Assembly (NCBI GenBank): GCA_964363335.1
Contig: CAYIHW010000002.1
Span: forward strand, 1 to 36,524
Reading direction: 5' to 3'
DNA from: an uncultured Candidatus Saccharibacteria bacterium
GTDB lineage: Bacteria > Patescibacteriota > Doudnabacteria > UBA920
Length of the DNA: 36,524 nt
The notes beneath the pieces are model-generated. The model worked only from the letters and a program-made list of their open reading frames with translations. It was not told where the DNA came from and did not search any database. The stretch's first letter is position 1, and each line of letters begins with the position of its first letter. Of the stretch, positions 30,245-36,524 are shown in pieces. Made by a program: the position numbers and the translations under genes.

Positions 30245-33200
30245 GTGGACGAAACAGAAGAACAAAAAAATATCATTTCAAATATCCCTAAAGATCCCGG
30301 GCAAGACTTAACTTCCGGGGTAGGGTTTTTTGCGCCAAAAGCCATAAGCGAACCGGATGCAGTAAGTGAAGATTTTCTGTCACTTGCCGAAGCCGGAAAA
30401 GTTACCGGTTACCACCAAGACTATCTTGGCTTTTTATGCCGGACTGGTAAGCTTAAAGGTTTCAAGATTGGCAGAAACTGGGTTACCACTAACAGTGCGT
30501 TAGAAGAGTTCTTAAAAAATTACAAAAACGGCGTTTCCGAAATAACCGACGAGTCCGGCCGGAAAATCCAAGTCCATGTGGAAAATGTTAGACAGCAGGT
30601 AAGCCCGGTAAGTCAGAATGCAAAATTGCATACGCCTTCAACATTAAACCAGAAACCGGCGCCGGCAGTTTTGGCCAGTTCACAAATTAGCACGAACTCA
30701 GTCAGCCAGAGCCCGGATCAAATACTCCAGCTGACTAAATTGAAAAGAGAAATTTTTAACGAGTTAGAAAACCGAATTGAAAGTTTGAATTTAAACCTTT
30801 CCAAACTGGAAAATAAAGTAGCCGGCGCCAAAACCACTGAAGCCGTTTTAGAAGAAAAAGGTGTCAAAGATAAAAATGCCTTGGCGGAAAAGGTTTATAT
30901 TTTGCCTCCGACTGTTTCTCCAAGGTTTGAAAGAAATGAACTTTCAGAAAAATTCATTTCCAATTTCTCTTTGGATAAATTATCCGAGGACTTTAATGCC
31001 GCTCCTGTTGTTGCGCAAACAAAGTTTGCTTTGACTAAAGAAAAAGTTAAAGATTTATATAAGAGTTTTGCAGTTCCGCAGCAGAAAAATTTACCGGTGG
31101 TGTTTGCCAGCTTGGCAATTGCCTTGCTTGGGTTGGTAGGTTCTTTGCTCTGGTCCAATATTTCCACCCAAACTCAAGTTTCGCAAAAGCCGGATGTAAC
31201 GAAGTATGTGTATGAGCAGAAAGCAAATAGCATAGAGCATATAGCAGACAGCGAACAGAATGGCACAACAATTGTAAATAATAATATTGCCAACCAAGTA
31301 ATTAATAAAGTTTTGGGTTTAAGTGAATCTCAAGTTTATTCATTCATTGACCAGCGCTTAAATAAATATTTAGCGGAAGGAAAATTTAAAGGCGATAAGG
31401 GCGAGACCGGCGCGACAGGAATTTCCGGAACTTCCGGTGGCGTCTCTACTATTACTTACATTCAGCCAAATCCTTCCACCGGCAACGGTGGTGGCAGTAT
31501 GCTCGGCATAACATATTTGTCATCGCAAAACTTTACTACAAACAATGCCAGTGTAAATAATTTATTAACGGTCAGCGGGACGTCTAATTTTACCGGCGCG
31601 GTTACAATGTCCGGGCCGACAACTTTAAACGGCACTACGACCATTGCCAGTTTGAATGTTACAAACATCAACCCAAACTTTACGGCTGGCAGTGTAGTGT
31701 TTCAGGGCGCCAGCGGACTCGCTCAGGACAATGGGAATTTCTTTTATGACCAAACCAACAAGCGGTTTGGGATAGGTACTTCTACTCCGCTAGCGACGAT
31801 TACGGTGCAGGGCAGTCCGACATCCACGCCGTTGATAGTTGCTTCTTCCACTGGCGCAACGATGCTGTCTTTGCTCTCTGGCGGACAGCTGACCATTAAT
31901 ACTTCCTCGCCGCTTGGCAATTTGACCGTTAAACAAATTAACAATGGCGATACAATTTTTTACGCGCAAAGAAAGACGGACCTGGTTCCGGCCGGGGATT
32001 TTATAAATTACACCAACGCGGCGGGAACAAGTTTATTCAGGGTGGATAATGGCGGAAATATAACCGCACCGGGAGTTGTTACCTCCGGCAGTATGACAAT
32101 AACTTCCACTTCAACCCCGCAACTTACGGTTCAGTACGACGCGCAAAACCAGTGGTCGGCTTCCACCAGTCCGGGCGGCATAACCACTTTTGCGTTTAAC
32201 GGCACGTCCACGCCGTCGGCCGTTTGGTTGCCGCAAACCAACAGCGTGAACACTTTTTCTTTCCAGACCGCTTCGTCGTCCCCGGTTTTGTCTGTTGATA
32301 CTTTAAACCGCCGCGTAGGAATAAATATATCTACGCCACAGCAGACTTTATCTGTCATTGCCCAGGGCGCGGCCGATCCGTTTGATGTAGCTTCCAGTTC
32401 CGCCGGCTCTTACCTGCGCGTAACTGCTACGGGCAATGTTGGTTTGGGAACCACGACTCCGGGAAGCAAATTGGTCGTGGTTGGCAATGAGTTGATAACG
32501 GGCAATTCATCGGTCATCGGCAATTCAACAATTACCGGGGCCTTAACAGTAAGCGCGACTTCCACATTGGCCACAACCACAATTATCCAACTCACAGTTA
32601 GCGGACAAACTAATTTGGCCGGCGCTTCATCTACCGCGCTAACTGTAAGCGGTCCGCTGTTTGTAACGGGCACAACCCAGCTCGCCACCACCACGCTGAC
32701 GGTTTTAACGGCCAACGGCGCGGCGACTCTAAATTCCACGCTCACCGTAAACGGCGTTTCAACTTTGGCCACCACAACAATTGCGCAACTCACGGTTACT
32801 GGGAATTCATCAATCGGCGGAAATCAAACCGTCAGCGGCAACGCCACAACAACCGGCAGTCAGAATGTCGGGTCCAATTTAAGCGTTGGAGGAAATACAT
32901 CAATCACTGGCAACACTACAATCGGCGGAAACGCCACGGTAACGGGTAATTCCGTAATCAGCGGCAACCAGACAATCACCGGAACACTTGGCGTTACCGG
33001 GCAGTCTACTTTTGTGAATGCTTCAGCGACCAACGCCAGCATCAACAATAATTTTTATGTGAACGGACAAACTTCTTTGCAAAACGCTTCATCTACCGCG
33101 CTAACTGTAAGCGGGCCGCTGTACGTAAACGGCCAGTCCACATTAGCTACAACAACTATAAGCCAGTTAACGGTTTCCGCGTCCACGACTTTTTCAAGCC

Positions 33201-36200
33201 TGACACAAGGTTCAATTTTATTTGCCGGATCGGGCGGCGCGCTTAGCCAAAACAACAGCAACTTTTTCTGGGACAACGCCAATAACCGTTTGGGAATTGC
33301 TTCTGGTACGCCGGGTTACAATTTGTCGGTCAACGGCACTTCCAACATTACCGGTGCGGCGCTGTTTGGCGGTACGGTTAATGTGAGCGGCGCGGTCACC
33401 TTGGGCGGTAGTCTGGCCGTAAGCGGTTTGTCCAATTTGGCCACTTCCACCATTGCTCAGTTAACTGTTACCGGCAACGCCACCACCACCGGCAACCAAA
33501 TTATTGTGGGCGCGCTTAACGTGAGCAATGTTTCCACGCTGGCTACCACAACCATTGCGAACCTTACCGTTACCAACACCACCACGCTGGCCAGTAACAT
33601 AAATTTAACCGGCACGAATCCGGTTATAGATTTAAATACCGCCTCCACTTTAAATATCAACACTGCCAATAACCGGCCCATTACCACCGGCAGTGGCTTG
33701 TTCACTTTAGGCGGAAATTTGACGGTGCAGGGTACGGCTATTTCTTTGGCTTCGGGCAGTGTGATAGATACCGCGGGAGGCACGCTAGGCATTAACACCA
33801 CGACCAACCGGCCGGTAACTTTTGGCAGTGGCCTGACCACGTTCGGCGGCAGTATTTTGGTTACGGGCAACGCGACCACCACGGCCAATCAAATAATTTT
33901 GGGAAATTTGTCTGTTGCCGGAACTTCCAACTTGGCCACTACGACAATTGTGTTGCTGACAGTCACTGGGAATTCCCAGGTTAATGGAAATGCCACCATA
34001 ACCGGTAATTCCGTAATCAGCGGCAACCAGACAATCACCGGAACACTTGGCGTTACCGGGCAGTCTACTTTTGTGAATGCTTCAGCGACGAATGTTTCTG
34101 TTAGCAACAATTTGAATGTGGTAGGCCAGTCAACGTTCGCGAATTCCTCAACAACCAACGCGACAATAAATAATAATTTTAATGTAATTGGTCAGACAAC
34201 TTTGGCCAATGCTTCGGGCACTTCGCTTTCCTTGTCGTCAAATCTCTACGTGTCAGGCCAGTCGAGCCTGGCCACCACATCGGCGACACAGCTTACCGTT
34301 ACGGGAACATCCACACTCGCGAATTTAACTGTGAGCGGGCCAACATTATTCTCCAGCCTTACTCAAGGCAGTGTGCCGTTTATTGGCGCAAACGGACTGC
34401 TTTCGCAGGACAACAGCAACTTCTTCTGGGACGTTACCAACAAGCAATTAGGCGTTGGCACTAAAACGCCGACATCAACTTTATTTGTGCAGGGTAGCGG
34501 CGCGGTAAATCCGTTTGTGGTGGCATCTTCCACAGGCACACAGCTGTTTTCCATAAATACTTTTGGCGCGGCGCTGTTTAATAATCAGGCCGGAGCGGCA
34601 GGGACAATTTTACAGAGCAACGGTTCCTCGGCCAGCCCGACCTGGATTTCAACTTCCACGCTTGTGGGTGGCTTGGCTTATGTGCAGGGCGGCAACAGTT
34701 TTGGCGCCACGGCCACGCTCGGCACCAACGACAACAATCCTTTAAATATCCGCACCAACGGCGCTACGGCTATGACTATATTAGCAAACGGCAACGTCGG
34801 CATCGGGACGACGAGTCCAGGGGCGAAGTTGCAGATTTATCCGAACGCTAACACGACCAAAGGGTTAATTGTGCAAGGGGACAATAACGGTTCAGCAAAT
34901 GTTCAAGAATGGCAAACTAGTGCGGGAACGGTGCAGGCAAAAATTTATCCAACTGGAGGTTCTGGCGGAATGTCATTTGGTGTTTATGACGGATATAATA
35001 ATCTAAGTGGCATTACAGATATTGGCGGGGGCAGCTATGGGCTTAAGCTCACCAATTCAGGGGGCAACCTAAGTGTTGTCTTAGGTGGCGTTATAACGGC
35101 ATCGAACTACATTATGCAACCTTTGGGCATCGGTTATTCTGACCCTGGGACAGCGAAATTAGCAATAAACGGCAACGTCGGCATCGGGACGACGAGTCCA
35201 GCGGATAAACTGGATGTGAACGGAGGCATAAGAACTAATAGCGGATTTATTCTTAATACGACTGGCAATAGCCAAGTCTCGAGCGCAGGTATCTTACAAC
35301 TTTATGGTACGAATACTAAATTGCGATTCACCTATCCATCGGTTAATGATATTGATTTTGCAATTAACAGTTCAGGAAATCTAGGAATAACCGGCGGCAA
35401 CGTCGGCATCGGGACGACGAGTCCTGGTAGTAAACTTGATGTCTGGGGAAATTTGAATGTCGCGACATCGTCTAATTCCACATTGTTTGTAAAAACTGCC
35501 CTTTCCAGAGTAGGAATAAACACATCCACTCCAGCCTCCACTTTTGTTGTGGCCGCCAACTGTGCCGGCATTACCGGAAATCCCGGGTCCTGTTCCGACT
35601 ATGCCGAACTTTACCCTTCAAGCGAAGACGCGCAAGCCGGCGACGTGGTGGTAATTGATACTTCGGCTGTCGCTACTGCCGTCAGGTTAAGTACTTCTTC
35701 TTATGACTCTAATTTATTGGGAGTGGTTTCCACTAATCCGGCCATGGTTATTGAAGGCAACTCCGTGCAGTTTATGAATGGTAACTACCAAAACAATCCG
35801 CGCCATCCGGCTATTGCCCTGGCAGGAAGAGTGCCGGTTAAAACAACCAACGAAAACGGCAACATTAAACCCGGAGATTATCTTACTTCCTCGGCTAAGC
35901 TCCCTGGATACGCGGCTAAAGCCACGCGCGCCGGATCGGTGATTGGCCAAGCGCTGGAAAGCTTTAATTCATCTTTTGCCAATGCCACCGGCACGGTTAT
36001 GGTATTTATCAAACTAACGCAATATACGCCTAAAGTTGCGGATTTATTGCAAACCGGGATAAATTCTGATGAGCAGGTGTGGCTCCAGTCTTTGACTAAC
36101 CTGAATATGACCAATGCCGCGGTGTTTGGGGACATTGCGGTGCAGGGGAGCGTAGCCGTGCAAAAAGATTTACATGTGGGCGGGGTAATTTATGGTGCGG

Positions 36201-36478
36201 AATTAATTGCCAACACAGTCACAGCCAAAGAAAAGCTTTGTGTGGGACAAACTTGTGTAACTGAAGATCAGCTAAAGGCTTTATTAAAACTCTTGGAGGG
36301 CGGGCAGGGGAGCGTAGCGGGTGCTGCTACCGAACCTCCGGCACCGGTTGTAGACCCGCCGGTTGATGCTCCGCCTATTGTTGAACCGTTAATTATTGAA
36401 CCTACACCAAGCGAGTTGCCACCGACGGAAGTTTTACCGATTACACCGCCTGAACCAATTCTTGCGCCAGCAGAATAA
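30245..36478 (+). CDS. giant membrane-anchored fibre protein (2077 aa): N-terminal excisionase/MerR-like HTH, coiled coil, TM helix, collagen-like triplets, beta-helical repeats, tail-fibre / Peptidase_G2-like C-terminal module
   Basis: LSLAEAGKVTGYHQDYLGFLCRTGKLKGFKIGRNWVT is HTH_17-like (about 30374-30520). The TM helix is LPVVFASLAIALLGLVGSLLW (about 31091-31162). GDKGETGATGISGTSG is collagen-like. Long T/S/G/N repeats follow (LTVSG..., NATITGNSVISGNQTITG) with GNVGIGTTSPG x3. CSDYAELYP...GDVVVID...LGVVSTNP resembles the phage tail-spike Peptidase_G2-type module. The tail is Pro-rich. The start is a GTG with no clear SD. Confidence 0.85.
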   Translation: MDETEEQKNIISNIPKDPGQDLTSGVGFFAPKAISEPDAVSEDFLSLAEAGKVTGYHQDYLGFLCRTGKLKGFKIGRNWVTTNSALEEFLKNYKNGVSEITDESGRKIQVHVENVRQQVSPVSQNAKLHTPSTLNQKPAPAVLASSQISTNSVSQSPDQILQLTKLKREIFNELENRIESLNLNLSKLENKVAGAKTTEAVLEEKGVKDKNALAEKVYILPPTVSPRFERNELSEKFISNFSLDKLSEDFNAAPVVAQTKFALTKEKVKDLYKSFAVPQQKNLPVVFASLAIALLGLVGSLLWSNISTQTQVSQKPDVTKYVYEQKANSIEHIADSEQNGTTIVNNNIANQVINKVLGLSESQVYSFIDQRLNKYLAEGKFKGDKGETGATGISGTSGGVSTITYIQPNPSTGNGGGSMLGITYLSSQNFTTNNASVNNLLTVSGTSNFTGAVTMSGPTTLNGTTTIASLNVTNINPNFTAGSVVFQGASGLAQDNGNFFYDQTNKRFGIGTSTPLATITVQGSPTSTPLIVASSTGATMLSLLSGGQLTINTSSPLGNLTVKQINNGDTIFYAQRKTDLVPAGDFINYTNAAGTSLFRVDNGGNITAPGVVTSGSMTITSTSTPQLTVQYDAQNQWSASTSPGGITTFAFNGTSTPSAVWLPQTNSVNTFSFQTASSSPVLSVDTLNRRVGINISTPQQTLSVIAQGAADPFDVASSSAGSYLRVTATGNVGLGTTTPGSKLVVVGNELITGNSSVIGNSTITGALTVSATSTLATTTIIQLTVSGQTNLAGASSTALTVSGPLFVTGTTQLATTTLTVLTANGAATLNSTLTVNGVSTLATTTIAQLTVTGNSSIGGNQTVSGNATTTGSQNVGSNLSVGGNTSITGNTTIGGNATVTGNSVISGNQTITGTLGVTGQSTFVNASATNASINNNFYVNGQTSLQNASSTALTVSGPLYVNGQSTLATTTISQLTVSASTTFSSLTQGSILFAGSGGALSQNNSNFFWDNANNRLGIASGTPGYNLSVNGTSNITGAALFGGTVNVSGAVTLGGSLAVSGLSNLATSTIAQLTVTGNATTTGNQIIVGALNVSNVSTLATTTIANLTVTNTTTLASNINLTGTNPVIDLNTASTLNINTANNRPITTGSGLFTLGGNLTVQGTAISLASGSVIDTAGGTLGINTTTNRPVTFGSGLTTFGGSILVTGNATTTANQIILGNLSVAGTSNLATTTIVLLTVTGNSQVNGNATITGNSVISGNQTITGTLGVTGQSTFVNASATNVSVSNNLNVVGQSTFANSSTTNATINNNFNVIGQTTLANASGTSLSLSSNLYVSGQSSLATTSATQLTVTGTSTLANLTVSGPTLFSSLTQGSVPFIGANGLLSQDNSNFFWDVTNKQLGVGTKTPTSTLFVQGSGAVNPFVVASSTGTQLFSINTFGAALFNNQAGAAGTILQSNGSSASPTWISTSTLVGGLAYVQGGNSFGATATLGTNDNNPLNIRTNGATAMTILANGNVGIGTTSPGAKLQIYPNANTTKGLIVQGDNNGSANVQEWQTSAGTVQAKIYPTGGSGGMSFGVYDGYNNLSGITDIGGGSYGLKLTNSGGNLSVVLGGVITASNYIMQPLGIGYSDPGTAKLAINGNVGIGTTSPADKLDVNGGIRTNSGFILNTTGNSQVSSAGILQLYGTNTKLRFTYPSVNDIDFAINSSGNLGITGGNVGIGTTSPGSKLDVWGNLNVATSSNSTLFVKTALSRVGINTSTPASTFVVAANCAGITGNPGSCSDYAELYPSSEDAQAGDVVVIDTSAVATAVRLSTSSYDSNLLGVVSTNPAMVIEGNSVQFMNGNYQNNPRHPAIALAGRVPVKTTNENGNIKPGDYLTSSAKLPGYAAKATRAGSVIGQALESFNSSFANATGTVMVFIKLTQYTPKVADLLQTGINSDEQVWLQSLTNLNMTNAAVFGDIAVQGSVAVQKDLHVGGVIYGAELIANTVTAKEKLCVGQTCVTEDQLKALLKLLEGGQGSVAGAATEPPAPVVDPPVDAPPIVEPLIIEPTPSELPPTEVLPITPPEPILAPAE
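32945..33030 (+). repeat. 86-bp perfect intragenic direct repeat, copy 1
   Basis: Identical base for base to 34004-34089 (ggtaattccgtaatcagcgg...gcttcagcgac). Confidence 0.95.
34004..34089 (+). repeat. 86-bp perfect intragenic direct repeat, copy 2
   Basis: Identical base for base to 32945-33030. Confidence 0.95.
34789..35424 (+). repeat. three identical 30-nt segments (cggcaacgtcggcatcgggacgacgagtcc) encoding GNVGIGTTSP
   Basis: The copies are at 34789-34818, 35170-35199 and 35395-35424, and were read directly from the sequence. Confidence 0.9.
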
Positions 36479-36524
36479 AAGTTTTTGGAACAAGTCTTGA
36501 GAATCAAATAAAATCGTTCAAAGG

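Noticed and set aside
32945-34089. Diversity-generating retroelement (TR/VR pair) as the explanation for the 86-bp repeat
   Set aside because: The copies are identical, with no adenine-specific mismatches. Both lie inside the same repetitive coding region, and no reverse transcriptase gene is in the window.
1-36524. CRISPR arrays, tRNA or rRNA genes, and prophage or integrative-element boundaries
   Set aside because: I saw no regularly spaced direct repeats, no tRNA-like cloverleaf with a GTTCGAATC-type T-arm, and no rRNA-like segments. I also saw no integrase, transposase or relaxase motifs. The tail-fibre-like module of the giant protein is fused to a cellular membrane anchor and is not part of a phage gene set.

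Overview
This is a 36.5-kb chromosomal fragment with about 21 protein genes read in the standard code (TGA is used as a stop, e.g. 4138-4140). I found no rRNA, tRNA, CRISPR array, transposase, integrase or reverse transcriptase. The gene content suggests a small-genome uncultivated bacterium, probably Patescibacteria/CPR, but that is inference only.

Gene content, left to right:
- Three small housekeeping genes: GGCT-like, acylphosphatase, PEBP/YbhB.
- A type IV pilin-like operon (three prepilin/PilX-type proteins plus a small anchored protein), followed with overlap by a stand-alone cyanophycin-synthetase-like ATP-grasp gene.
- A YerC/TrpR-like regulator flanked by two copies of a 26-bp palindromic motif.
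- Glycerate 2-kinase, a D-2-hydroxyacid dehydrogenase and a GT2-like gene.
- Two tandem giant surface proteins (1072 and 1636 aa, the second ending in LysM) that share an N-terminal module.
- A DsbA-like oxidoreductase, a PaaX-like regulator and two small membrane or secreted proteins.
- A minus-strand four-gene operon: an 854-aa acidic protein, an Hsp100 with a degenerate first ring, a 104-aa protein and a soluble TraD/VirD4-like ATPase.
- A 1.1-kb ORF-free control region.
- A 2077-aa HTH-TM-collagen-fibre protein.

The items I consider most worth following up:
1. The two-ATPase operon and its roughly 330-nt structured, terminator-ended leader RNA.
2. The HTH-fused giant fibre, transcribed divergently from that operon.
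3. The shared leader module of the two giant proteins.
4. The operator-like palindromes and the long hairpin around the yerC-like gene.
5. Two further GC-rich structured intergenic islands.

All functional calls come from motif recognition by eye. No database search was run.
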